From positions 128,001 through 192,000 of the forward strand of contig CAWCVB010000006.1 of the NCBI GenBank assembly GCA_963798915.1: a DNA stretch of 64,000 bases. The letters are read 5' to 3'. This document shows positions 34,031 to 45,922 of this stretch, piece after piece. The notes below the pieces were generated by a model. It made no database searches. It was not told where the DNA came from and saw only the letters and a list, made by a program, of their open reading frames with translations. Every line of letters begins with the position of its first letter. Within the stretch, counting starts at the first letter, position 1. The position numbers and the translations under genes were made by a program. The DNA is from an uncultured Gemmatimonadales bacterium. GTDB taxonomy: Bacteria; Gemmatimonadota; Gemmatimonadetes; Gemmatimonadales; GWC2-71-9.

Positions 34031-34930
34031 CTAAGGTTCCAGTTGCACCCGGGCCAAAGCTGCCCGGGCGTCGGCGCCATCGCGCGCCAGTTGTGCCACC
34101 AGCTCCTCCGCCGATGCGAACCGGCGGATGTCGCGCAGACGATGCAGCCAGGTCAGCCGCACCCGCTGACCGTAGAGCTGCCCGGCAAAGTCGAACAAGT
34201 GCGCCTCCAGGGTCCGCGGGGCCTCATCAAATGTCGGCCTGGCGCCCTGGTTCATCATGCCGCCGAAGCGCCCGTGTCGCGTCTCCACCTGGACCGCGTA
34301 TACCCCGTCCGGCGGCAGCAGCTTCCGTGAGGGCACTTCGGCAAGGTTGATGGTCGGGACGCCCAATCCCCGGCCGCGCCCTGCCCCGGCGACCACGACG
34401 CCGCTCACCGTGTACCGTCGCCCCAGCAACCGCGCCGCCGAGTTCAGGTCGCCGCCGGCCACGGCGCGGCGGATTCGCGAGCTCGAGACATGAGCGCTGT
34501 CCGCACCGACCGCCTGCACCACGTCCACTGCGAATCCGTGCCGCCTGCCCAGCTCGCGCAACGTCGACTCATCACCACTGCGTCCGTGACCGAAGCGGTG
34601 GTCATGGCCGATCACCAGTTCGCGCATGCCCAGCTGCGCCAGCAGGAGATCGCGCACGAACGCCTCGGGGGTCAGCGCCGCAAGCGCCCGGTCAAACGGG
34701 AGCACCACCACGCGATCGACACCGATGGTGGCGAGCGCCTCGAGTCGTTCGGCCCCGGGCGTGAGCAACGGCGGGGCGGCCTGCGGATTCACGACCTGGA
34801 GCGGGTGTGGCTCAAAGGTCACCAGAACGCTTTGGGCCCGCCGGGCCTCAGCTCGCCGCTTGATCTCGTCGATGACGGCGCGATGCCCCGGGTGCACACC
34901 GTCAAACGACCCGACCGTGACGACGCTCAT
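34031..34930 (-). CDS. ribF: Riboflavin kinase/FAD synthetase
   Basis: GSFDGVHPGH, VSSSRIR, GVPTIN and EAHL motifs. Confidence 0.95.
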   Translation of the reverse strand: MSVVTVGSFDGVHPGHRAVIDEIKRRAEARRAQSVLVTFEPHPLQVVNPQAAPPLLTPGAERLEALATIGVDRVVVLPFDRALAALTPEAFVRDLLLAQLGMRELVIGHDHRFGHGRSGDESTLRELGRRHGFAVDVVQAVGADSAHVSSSRIRRAVAGGDLNSAARLLGRRYTVSGVVVAGAGRGRGLGVPTINLAEVPSRKLLPPDGVYAVQVETRHGRFGGMMNQGARPTFDEAPRTLEAHLFDFAGQLYGQRVRLTWLHRLRDIRRFASAEELVAQLARDGADARAALARVQLEP

Positions 34931-35778
34931 GGCGGATCGACCAGCACGACAGTGGGACGGAGCACCACGCCCGTGGTCGCTCCTATGCCGATCAGCCGCT
35001 CCTCATCCCGGACTGCGACCGCCTCCGCAATCTCGCTGGTCCAGGCGACCGGGCGTCCGTGGCAGAAGTCCGCCGCGAGCGCTCCGGACAGCCCAACAGA
35101 CGGCATTGCCTCGAGCACCGCATCGGCCGGTCGGAGCGAGACGCCGGAAAGAACCGCGTCGAGTGGCAGGGCCGACGACACGTCCATCGCTCCGATGCAT
35201 TCCCGCCGGAGCGCTGTCAGGTGTGCCCCGGTACCGAGCATCTCGCCAAGATCGCGGGCGATGGCGCGAAGATACGTGCCCCGCCCCACCCGCGCCCGGA
35301 ACGTCACCTCGTCATTCCGGCGCCCGAGGAACTCCAGTGCATGGACTCTGACGGCCACGTCCGGCAATGGCACCGCCTGGCCACGTCGTGCCAGCTGGTA
35401 GCTTCGGCGTCCATCCACGTGCTTGGCCGAGAACGCGGGAGGGCGCTGGAGGCGTTCACCAATCAAGCCCGAAAAGGCGCCGGCGATCGCCTCGTCGGTG
35501 ACCGCGAGTGACGTTCCGCCGATGACGGTACCGGTGAGGTCATCAGTGTCGGTGGTGACGCCCAGTCGCGCCGTCGCCCGATAGACCTTGTCCTGACCTT
35601 CGACGTAGCGCGCCAGCCGTGTCGCCCGCCCCGCCAGGACAACGAGCAGTCCGGTTGCAAAGGGGTCGAGGGTGCCGGTGTGCCCGACCCGGCGAATGCC
35701 CAGTGCCTTCCGCACCCGGGCGACGACATCATGCGAGGTTGGGCCCGCCGGCTTGTCGATGAGCAAAGCGCCCGTCAG
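34927..35778 (-). CDS. truB: tRNA pseudouridine(55) synthase (probable CTG start at 35778)
   Basis: DKPAGPTSHD, GHTGTLDPFATG and GTYLR motifs. Confidence 0.95.
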   Translation of the reverse strand: MTGALLIDKPAGPTSHDVVARVRKALGIRRVGHTGTLDPFATGLLVVLAGRATRLARYVEGQDKVYRATARLGVTTDTDDLTGTVIGGTSLAVTDEAIAGAFSGLIGERLQRPPAFSAKHVDGRRSYQLARRGQAVPLPDVAVRVHALEFLGRRNDEVTFRARVGRGTYLRAIARDLGEMLGTGAHLTALRRECIGAMDVSSALPLDAVLSGVSLRPADAVLEAMPSVGLSGALAADFCHGRPVAWTSEIAEAVAVRDEERLIGIGATTGVVLRPTVVLVDPP

Positions 35779-36137
35779 TGCTGTTCCTCGCGCCGCAGGT
35801 CCGCCAGAATCTGTTCAATCCGCTGGGCGTGCTCCAGGCCTCGATCGAGCTCCATGTGCAGCTCCGGCACGGAGCGCGTCGTGAGCACCTTGGCCACGAG
35901 GCTGCGCAGGTAGCCGGCCGCGCTCTCGAGGCCCTCCATCGCACGTTCGCGTTCGGCGTCATCACCCAGCGGGCTGACGAAGACCTTGGCATGGGACAAG
36001 TCGGCGGTGACGTCCACGCGCGTGACCGTGACCAGCCCGATGCGCGGGTCCCGGAGTTCACCCCGGCTGAGCGCGTCAGCGACGACCTGCCGGATCGTCT
36101 CGCCCACCTGCTCCGGGCGTCGCGATGAACCCTTCAC
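35775..36137 (-). CDS. rbfA: Ribosome-binding factor A
   Basis: RDPRIG-VTVTRVDVTADLSHAKVF, PEL. Confidence 0.95.
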   Translation of the reverse strand: MKGSSRRPEQVGETIRQVVADALSRGELRDPRIGLVTVTRVDVTADLSHAKVFVSPLGDDAERERAMEGLESAAGYLRSLVAKVLTTRSVPELHMELDRGLEHAQRIEQILADLRREEQH

Positions 36138-36415
36138 CGATATACCGTCACAGAATCCATGATGCGTACCCCATCTGCGGCTTCAACGAGCCGGTCAGCA
36201 TGCCGCAGTGTTTCCTCGACGACTCGTCGATCCGAGCCGATCGCCGCGCAGGCGAGTTCCGATTCCTGCCAGCGATCCTGCGACCCGGTCTCCGCGACAG
36301 AGACATTGCACTGCTGGCGCAATCTTGCCAGCAGTGGCTTGATAATGCTGCGCTTCTCCTTGAGCGAGTGACAGCCCGCCAGGTGCACCTGCCACTCGCT
36401 GATTCCCACCAGCAC
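36134..36415 (-). CDS. DUF503/YlxP family protein
   Basis: SLKEKR and NVSVAE motifs; sits between infB and rbfA. Confidence 0.9.
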   Translation of the reverse strand: MLVGISEWQVHLAGCHSLKEKRSIIKPLLARLRQQCNVSVAETGSQDRWQESELACAAIGSDRRVVEETLRHADRLVEAADGVRIMDSVTVYR

Positions 36416-36416
36416 G

Positions 36417-39136
<2,720 letters not shown>

Positions 39137-39137
<1 letters not shown>

Positions 39138-39454
39138 TACTTGCCTCCCTCACGGGCGTCCGGTGCCAGGGCCACCAGGCCACTGGCTAATGCGCGATCC
39201 CGGACACCGACCGCCATCACCGGCGGTTTTCCCAGCTGGACGCCGATCGCGGCGGCGGCCGGTCCGGCGAGCAGCGGCACGTGACGTGCTCCTGCCAACC
39301 GCACCACCTTGTCGCGTGTCCGCGCACTGGCATCGCCAGCGAGCACCACGCAAAACAACCGATCCTGCTGCAGCGCACGCCGGACCGCGTCGGTCCCGAC
39401 CACCAGCATGCCTCCGTTGCGCCCCAGCCCCAGCAAACCCAGCAGCGCACTCAC
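39137..39454 (-). CDS. L7Ae/L30e family RNA-binding protein
   Basis: LLGL...VVG...LAGDAS...IGVQLGK; sits between nusA and infB. Confidence 0.85.
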
Positions 39455-40770
39455 GCGGCGCCGCTGCTCTCCTCGCCATCTTCATCCGCCAGTTCGGACA
39501 GAAAGGCCATCAGCGCCTCCACCTGCTCGGGCGCCAGGCCCGGCACGGCGGCCAGCTCCTCGCGGTCCAGGTCGAACACGTCTTCCAGCGTGTTGTAACC
39601 GGCGCCAGCCAGGATGGCGACGATTTCGGGCGTCAGGCCTTCCAGCTCCGCCAGCGGCACCTGCGAAGCCGCCGCATCCTCGGGAGGCAGTGGGGCGAAC
39701 AGCGGACCCTCGCCGCCCCGCTCCATCCATTCGCGACTGGAGTAGAGATCGATCTTCCAGCCGGTGAGCTCCGAGGCCAGCCGGACGTTCTGTCCATTGC
39801 GGCCGATGGCGAGCGACAACTGATCTTCATCCACCACCGCCTGAATGGTCTTGGCGGCGGAATCGGCGAAGACCTTGGCCACGCGGGCCGGCGCCAGTGC
39901 CAGGCGGGCGAAACGCTCGGGGTCAGGCGACCAGGGGACGATGTCGATCCGCTCGCCGCCCAGTTCGTTGACGACCGCCTGAACTCGGGAACCCTTGAGG
40001 CCGACGCAGGCGCCCACCGGATCAATGGCATCGTCGCGCGAAATGACGGCCACCTTGGTCCGGCTGCCCACTTCGCGCGCGATGGCCCGGATCTCGACGA
40101 TCTGCTGCTGGATTTCCGGCACTTCGAGCTTGAAGAGCGCCTTGACGAACAGCGGATCAGCACGGCTCAGGATGAGCCGGGGCCCCTTGGGCGTCTCTTC
40201 CAGGCGCTTGAGCACCGCCCGCATCGTGTCGCCCTGGTGGAAATGCTCGCGGTGGTTCTGCTCGCGGTACGGCATGATCGCCTCCGCCTCGCGGAACTTG
40301 TTGAGCATCACGACCAGCTTGCCGCGCTCGATCTGCTGGATTTCACCCGCCAGCAGCTCGCCGACCCGGTCGGCGAACTCCTCGCGGATGCGCATCCGCT
40401 CGCCTTCGCGCACCCGCTGGATGATCCGCTGCTTGGCCGCCTGCACCGCGAGCCGGCCGAACTCCTGGAAGGGAACCTCCTCTTCCAGCATGTCACCGAC
40501 CTGGAACTCCGGATCAATGAAGCGCGCCTCCTCGACCGAGACCTGCGCACTGGCATCTTCAACGAGTTCCACCACCTGGCGAAGTCGAATGATCTCGATC
40601 GAACCATTGAGTTCATCGACATTGAGTTCGAACCGCACGTTGGGGCCGTACTTGCGGACCAGCGCGGCGTGGATGCCGTCGCGCAGGAGATCGAGCAGGT
40701 CGGACCGCTCGAGCTGCTTGGTGCTGGTGAGCTCGCGGAAGGCCGCGAGCATCTCGGTGGAACCTGACAT
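39451..40770 (-). CDS. nusA: Transcription termination/antitermination factor NusA
   Basis: FGRLAVQAAKQ, DPVGACVG and AIGRNGQNVRLAS motifs; ATG at 40770. Confidence 0.97.
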   Translation of the reverse strand: MSGSTEMLAAFRELTSTKQLERSDLLDLLRDGIHAALVRKYGPNVRFELNVDELNGSIEIIRLRQVVELVEDASAQVSVEEARFIDPEFQVGDMLEEEVPFQEFGRLAVQAAKQRIIQRVREGERMRIREEFADRVGELLAGEIQQIERGKLVVMLNKFREAEAIMPYREQNHREHFHQGDTMRAVLKRLEETPKGPRLILSRADPLFVKALFKLEVPEIQQQIVEIRAIAREVGSRTKVAVISRDDAIDPVGACVGLKGSRVQAVVNELGGERIDIVPWSPDPERFARLALAPARVAKVFADSAAKTIQAVVDEDQLSLAIGRNGQNVRLASELTGWKIDLYSSREWMERGGEGPLFAPLPPEDAAASQVPLAELEGLTPEIVAILAGAGYNTLEDVFDLDREELAAVPGLAPEQVEALMAFLSELADEDGEESSGAA

Positions 40771-40825
40771 CCTTCGTTCGCTCCTGGACGAGTCGTACGA
40801 CGTTCGTCGTACGACGTATGACCCA

Positions 40826-40988
40826 TACCCAAAAATCCGCCGTGACCCAGGGCCCGGCAGGCTGGCGACTGACTCGATTCGCACCTGAAGGAGAGGACGA
40901 CGACGTGCCTCGTCCACCGAAGGTCGGCGGAGTGACTTCCGCTCCCCCAGGGGGGACCGGATGGCGCAAGACACGTGTCCCTGGGCAT
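40826..40988 (-). pseudogene. rimP: Degraded rimP remnant
   Basis: Occupies the canonical rimP position; RRRPLLQVRIE..S.PG.G then, after a frameshift, VTAD, resembling the RimP N-domain L.V.ID...GVT.DDC motif. Confidence 0.55.
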
Positions 40989-40996
40989 GCGATCCG

Positions 40997-41026
40997 AAAA
41001 AAAATGTGGGGGAAACACCCCCACAT
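40997..41026 (-). terminator. rimP-leader-type attenuator hairpin
   Basis: ATGTGGGGG-TGTTT-CCCCCACAT followed by a T run, just downstream of the operon promoter. Confidence 0.8.
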
Positions 41027-41066
41027 CCGCAGCAGCGACCCGGGTGGGCCGACCACACAGCACAAG

Positions 41067-41095
41067 AAACTACCCCATGCCCGGGGTGACGTCAA
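41067..41095 (-). promoter_or_regulatory. Promoter of the (rimP)-nusA-infB operon
   Basis: TTGACG-17 bp-TAGTTT. Confidence 0.65.
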
Positions 41096-41864
41096 CACCG
41101 TCGGGCAGACCCAGATACGCGACCATGCGTCCGTCGATCCCGCCTGAGGCACGGTGGCTGTAGAACAACGGACGATGATGAGCCGTGCACCATGACGACG
41201 TGGTCATCTCACCGACGCCAGCCGCATGGCCCTGTTCGATCAGCCGCTCCCGAAGGTCCACGTGCCAAGGTCCCCGGTCATCCCCCCGCAGGCCGACCGC
41301 TTCCAGCACTTCAGGTCCCACTTCATAGCATGGCCCGCAGATGCTTACCCCACAATGCATTACGAGATCGCCCGGGTTGACCCCAGCGTGCGCCTTCAGG
41401 AGCGCCAGTCCGCGGTCGAGGACGCCGGCGGCGGTGCCGCGCCAGCCGGCGTGCAACAGGGCGATCACCCGCTGTTCCGGCGCCAGCAGGTACACCGGAA
41501 CGCAGTCCGCCACGGTCACGGCGAGCAGCAGACCTGGTGTTGCGGTCGCGTGGCCATCCACGCCCTCGACCTGCACCCAGCCAGTGGCGCGCTCGTGCCA
41601 GACCACGTCGGTGCCATGGACCTGGGTACCAAGCACGACGCTCGAAAAGCCGGCGAGCGTCGAGCGGAATGCCCGCCACCGACCCATGACCTCTCCAGCC
41701 GGTGCGTCGGTCCAGAGGCCAAGGTCAAAGCCGCGGCCGGGAGCGTCACCACGCCCCGTGATGCCTGCGGTGACGCCGAAGCGCTGACCCCATTCCTCCA
41801 GCTCAAAGCGGGGCACCGGACCAGAGCGCGCTTGCTCAGTGCGGACGCCGACTACCTCAGCCAT
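41070..41864 (-). CDS. pgeF: PgeF/YfiH (laccase-domain) protein
   Basis: QVHG, VADCVPV, HAGWRG, CYEVG and FYSHR motifs. Confidence 0.9.
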   Translation of the reverse strand: MAEVVGVRTEQARSGPVPRFELEEWGQRFGVTAGITGRGDAPGRGFDLGLWTDAPAGEVMGRWRAFRSTLAGFSSVVLGTQVHGTDVVWHERATGWVQVEGVDGHATATPGLLLAVTVADCVPVYLLAPEQRVIALLHAGWRGTAAGVLDRGLALLKAHAGVNPGDLVMHCGVSICGPCYEVGPEVLEAVGLRGDDRGPWHVDLRERLIEQGHAAGVGEMTTSSWCTAHHRPLFYSHRASGGIDGRMVAYLGLPDGVDVTPGMG

Positions 41865-43143
41865 CGCGGCGCTCGATGTCGGCGCCAAGCGCACGGAGCC
41901 GTTCGTCGATCTTCTCGTAACCCCGCTCGATCTGGCCGATGTTATGAATGATGCTGGTGCCTTCCGCCGCGAGCGCGGCGGTGAGCATCGCCATCCCGGC
42001 CCGGATGTCGGGCGACTCCACTACCCCGCCCTTGAGGGCCGAAGGACCGGCGATGACGGCCCGGTGTGGATCACACAGGACGATCCGCGCTCCCATCCCG
42101 ATCAGCTTGTCCACGAAGAACAGGCGGCTCTCGAACATCTTCTCGAACACCAGCAGCATGCCGCTGCACTGGGTAGCACTCACGATGGTGGTCGACATGA
42201 CGTCGGCCGGAAAGGCCGGCCAGGGCCCGTCCTCCAGCTTCGGCACGTGGCCCCCGAGATCGGGGCGGATGCGACGCTCCTGCCCCGGCGTCACATGCAA
42301 CCGTGATCCGTCCAGCAGCGGACGGATGCCAAGCCGGTCAAATGCCAGCAGCGTGCTGCGCAGGTCTTCGCTGCGGACCGGTTCGATCGTAATGTCGCCG
42401 TTGGTGACCGCAGCAAGGCCGATGAAGCTGCCAATTTCGATGTGATCGGGACCGATGGTGTAGGAGGCGCCGCCCAGCGGCCGCGACCCCTCGATGACAT
42501 ACACGTTTGAGCCGATGCCCTCAATCTGCGCGCCCATGGCCACCAGACACCGGGCCAGATCCTGCACATGCGGCTCGGCGGCCGCATTGCGAAGGACGGT
42601 GCGCCCACGCGCGAGCGTGGCGGCCATCAGCGCGTTTTCGGTTCCGGTGACGCTGGGCTCATCGAGGAAGATGTCGGTCCCGGTCAGCCCCTTGGGAGCT
42701 TCCAGTTCATAGCGGTCCCCCAGCTCGACTGTGGCTCCCAGTGCCTCGAGCGCCAGGAAATGGGTGTCCACCCGCCGTCGGCCGATGACATCGCCGCCGG
42801 GTGGCGGCAGCACGCACTGGCCGAACCTCGCCACCAGCGGCCCAGCCAGCAGAATCGAGGCGCGGATCCGCGCGCAAAGGCCCGGATCCAGCGGCTTGGG
42901 CCTGACCGGCCGGGCATCGACCCGCAGGTGATTGGGACCGGTCCAGGCCACGTCGGCCCCCAGGTCCGCAAGCAGTTCGGCCATCGTGTCGACGTCGCGG
43001 ATGCGCGGGACGTTATCCAGCTCGACCGGGCCATCGGCAAGGACCGTAGCGGCCAGTATGGGGAGTGCAGCGTTCTTGTTGCCAGCGGGACGGATGCTGC
43101 CGCGGAGCTGTCGGCCGCCCCGAACCAGAAAGTGTGGAGGCAT
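41857..43143 (-). CDS. murA: UDP-N-acetylglucosamine 1-carboxyvinyltransferase
   Basis: GNKNAALP, RASI, SVTGTEN, DIRAG and IERGYE motifs. Confidence 0.97.
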   Translation of the reverse strand: MPPHFLVRGGRQLRGSIRPAGNKNAALPILAATVLADGPVELDNVPRIRDVDTMAELLADLGADVAWTGPNHLRVDARPVRPKPLDPGLCARIRASILLAGPLVARFGQCVLPPPGGDVIGRRRVDTHFLALEALGATVELGDRYELEAPKGLTGTDIFLDEPSVTGTENALMAATLARGRTVLRNAAAEPHVQDLARCLVAMGAQIEGIGSNVYVIEGSRPLGGASYTIGPDHIEIGSFIGLAAVTNGDITIEPVRSEDLRSTLLAFDRLGIRPLLDGSRLHVTPGQERRIRPDLGGHVPKLEDGPWPAFPADVMSTTIVSATQCSGMLLVFEKMFESRLFFVDKLIGMGARIVLCDPHRAVIAGPSALKGGVVESPDIRAGMAMLTAALAAEGTSIIHNIGQIERGYEKIDERLRALGADIERRDG

Positions 43144-43252
43144 GGCCAAAGCTCGCGACCTGCGGGGCCCGGGGTCAAGCGCAACCCAGTGAGCCAGGCC
43201 GGCGTGGGTTATGTTTCACCGGCAGGTCCGACGCCCGACAGGAGGCTGTTCC

Positions 43253-43729
43253 ATGCTGATGCTGCTGCAGCAGGCGGTGCCCGCGGCTCCCCAATGGATC
43301 GGGATCGTGATGGCGCTGTCGCTGGCCGTCATAGCGGTCGCGGTGCTCGCGCTTGTCGTGGGCGCCTTCCGGCTCACCATGCGACTGAGCTCAGAACTCG
43401 ATGAGCGCCGCAACCTGATCAACAACTTGAGCCACGACGCGCAAGAAACAATGGAGAGCATTCGCAAGCTGGTCGCCGATGGCGAGGAGGTCACCACCAT
43501 GGTCCGCGACGAAGCCCAAGCGTTCGCCCGGACCGGGCGCCGGCTTCGCCGCAAGGTGCGCCGCGGTGTCGATCGGATCGAAGCCAAGCTGGTGGACCTG
43601 GAGGCGATCTATGATGTCGTACACGAGGAGGTCGAGGAAACCGCGCTGGATGTCGCCACCGGGCTGCGCCGGTTTCGCCGCGGCCGCGGCATCGTCGGCC
43701 GCATGACGCGGTTCCTCCTTCGCCGATGA
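43253..43729 (+). CDS. Hypothetical membrane-anchored coiled-coil protein (DUF948-like)
   Basis: GGAGG SD; N-terminal TM followed by heptads. Confidence 0.6.
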   Translation: MLMLLQQAVPAAPQWIGIVMALSLAVIAVAVLALVVGAFRLTMRLSSELDERRNLINNLSHDAQETMESIRKLVADGEEVTTMVRDEAQAFARTGRRLRRKVRRGVDRIEAKLVDLEAIYDVVHEEVEETALDVATGLRRFRRGRGIVGRMTRFLLRR

Positions 43730-44667
43730 AGCTCTGCCGGCTGCTGAGCGCGCTCGCGATCGTGGGCCTGGTGCTGGCCGCGCTGCCGGCATCGGCACAT
43801 GCCTGGACCCCGGGAACCCACATCTATCTTGGCGAATCGGTACTCGCCAACCTGCAACTGCTGCCCGGGTCGGTGGCCGACCTGCTGCGCGCCTTTCCGT
43901 ACGACTTTCTCTACGGCAACATCGCAGCCGATTCCTCCATCGCAAAGAAGTACGCGCCGGTTGGGCGGCACTGCCACTACTGGCACGTGGGTCAGGAGAT
44001 CCATGACCTGGCCGATACCGACGCCCTTGGTGCGTTCGGCTGGGGCTACCTCTGCCACCTCGCTGCCGACACGGTGGCGCACAACTACTTCGTGCCCCGG
44101 CAGCTGGTGCTGACCAGCAGCACCTCCTCCGTTGGTCACTCGTACTGGGAGAGCCGGGTCGAGATGCATGTCGGCGACCACTATGCCGAGGCGGCGCGCG
44201 ACCTCATTCGCATGGACCATGAACTCGCCGACGCGCACCTGGATCGCATCATCTCGCCGACCATCTTCAGCGTGCGAACCAATCGTCGCCTGTTTCGGGG
44301 CATGGTACATCTGACCAACTCGCCTGGGTGGCAACGGGGCATGCAGGCCGCGCGCGAGCGCAGTCGCTGGGAGCTGAGCGACGGAGATGTCGAGCAGCAC
44401 CTGTCGCGATCGGTGGACTACATGATGGAACTGTTGGCGAGCACGGACGCGACGCCGCGGGGACTGGATCCCTCCGGCGAACGGCCCCTGAAGGTGGCCA
44501 AGGAGATTCGACGGGCGACGCTGCGGGAATTCGGTCGCCGAGCCCCTGAGCGGTTGCGGGAGGCGGCCACGGAGCACTACGGCCTTCCGGCCGGCGAGCT
44601 GCGCTATTGGCCCCGTCTGGAGCGACTGCTGCCACGCTCACCGGCTCGCGAGGGTGGTGCATCATGA
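43726..44667 (+). CDS. Zinc-dependent phospholipase C family protein
   Basis: Signal peptide then AWTPGTH; GNIAAD, HLAADTVAH and HSYWE motifs. Confidence 0.85.
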   Translation: MKLCRLLSALAIVGLVLAALPASAHAWTPGTHIYLGESVLANLQLLPGSVADLLRAFPYDFLYGNIAADSSIAKKYAPVGRHCHYWHVGQEIHDLADTDALGAFGWGYLCHLAADTVAHNYFVPRQLVLTSSTSSVGHSYWESRVEMHVGDHYAEAARDLIRMDHELADAHLDRIISPTIFSVRTNRRLFRGMVHLTNSPGWQRGMQAARERSRWELSDGDVEQHLSRSVDYMMELLASTDATPRGLDPSGERPLKVAKEIRRATLREFGRRAPERLREAATEHYGLPAGELRYWPRLERLLPRSPAREGGAS

Positions 44668-44671
44668 AGGG

Positions 44672-45922
44672 TCAGAACGGTACGCGTGCGGCCAACGCCG
44701 CCACGCCCGACAGCAGCCGGTCGACCTCTTCGGCGGTGCTGTAGCAGGCACAGCCGGCGCGGACCAGCCCCTGCTGTTCGAGCCCGAGCCGCTGGACGAT
44801 CGTCGCGGCATAGAAATCACCATCCGAAACAAAGACACCCGTTTTCGCCAGCGCTCGCGCAACGTCGCCGGACGGCAGGTTGCCGAGCGTGAACCCGATG
44901 GTCGGGGTCCGAGGGGCGCTGCCCGGGGCGAAACCATGCAGCCGCACGCCAGCGATCCCCGCCAACCCATTCCACATCCGGATAAGCACCGCCTCACCCT
45001 GTGCATTGAGCCAGTCATACGTGGCACGGAGCCGTTCCCGCCGGCTGCCAGAGGCGCCGGTCAAGCCGGCAAGAAAGTCCACCGCGGCGCCAACGCCGGC
45101 GATTCCCTCGTGGTTCAAGGTGCCGGTCTCGAAGCGTTCGGGAGATGTGTTCGGCGCCGGGTCGAGCTTGGGGACGTCCAGCGTCTCGCCCAGCCCCGCG
45201 CGCACGAACATGATGCCCACATGGGGGCCATAAAACTTGTACGCGGAGCAGGCCAGGAGATCGGCTCCAAAGGCCTGAACATCAACCAATTGGTGGGGCG
45301 CAAAGTGCACCGCGTCCACGAACAGCAGCGCACCCGCCCGGTGGATTGCCTCGGACACGCCGGCGATGTCAGTGATGGTGCCGATCGCATTCGAGGCCGC
45401 GCCAAGGGCAACCAGTCGGGTGCGTGGACCCAGCATCTGCTGGAGGGCCTCCAGGTCAAGGCCCCATCCGCTGGCGGCAAGCGGGACGGTGCGCACGGTG
45501 AGCCCATGGTCGCGCGCCGCCGCATGCCAGGGAGCGACGTTCGCGTGATGATCGAGCTCGGTCACCACGATCTCATCTCCCTGCTTCCACCTGCGCGCCA
45601 GCGCCCTCGCGAGATGAAAAGTCAGCGTGGTCATGTTCGCCCCAAAGGCGATTTCACCAGGGTGCGCCCCGAGCAGGTCGGCCACCGCCTGCCGCGCCGC
45701 CGAGATGATTGCGTCCGTTTCCACGCTGGAGGGAAAGGCCCAATGGGTGTTGGCATTGTGGTGCAGCAGGTACTCTCGCACTGCATCGGCAACCACGCCG
45801 GGCACCTGGGTACCGCCGGGCGCATCGAAGTAGGCCGCCGGAACGCCTGCGATGAGCCGCTCGAATGCGGGGAACTGGCGGCGCATCCCTTCGCTGGTGA
45901 TTGCCGGCCGGGTCGCGGTCAC
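44672..45922 (-). CDS. Cysteine desulfurase-like class V aminotransferase
   Basis: DAPGGTQVP, DHHAN, DAVH, SAYKFYGP and ETGT motifs. Confidence 0.9.
   Translation of the reverse strand: MTATRPAITSEGMRRQFPAFERLIAGVPAAYFDAPGGTQVPGVVADAVREYLLHHNANTHWAFPSSVETDAIISAARQAVADLLGAHPGEIAFGANMTTLTFHLARALARRWKQGDEIVVTELDHHANVAPWHAAARDHGLTVRTVPLAASGWGLDLEALQQMLGPRTRLVALGAASNAIGTITDIAGVSEAIHRAGALLFVDAVHFAPHQLVDVQAFGADLLACSAYKFYGPHVGIMFVRAGLGETLDVPKLDPAPNTSPERFETGTLNHEGIAGVGAAVDFLAGLTGASGSRRERLRATYDWLNAQGEAVLIRMWNGLAGIAGVRLHGFAPGSAPRTPTIGFTLGNLPSGDVARALAKTGVFVSDGDFYAATIVQRLGLEQQGLVRAGCACYSTAEEVDRLLSGVAALAARVPF

Noticed and set aside
35729..35790. Selenocysteine read-through of the TGA at the CTGA junctions
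   Set aside because: The downstream genes are in a different frame and the upstream proteins end at normal length; no SECIS-like evidence seen
40771..41058. 96-aa N-terminal extension of NusA
   Set aside because: It starts about at the transcription start and crosses the attenuator; better explained as a rimP remnant, and ATG 40770 gives a normal NusA
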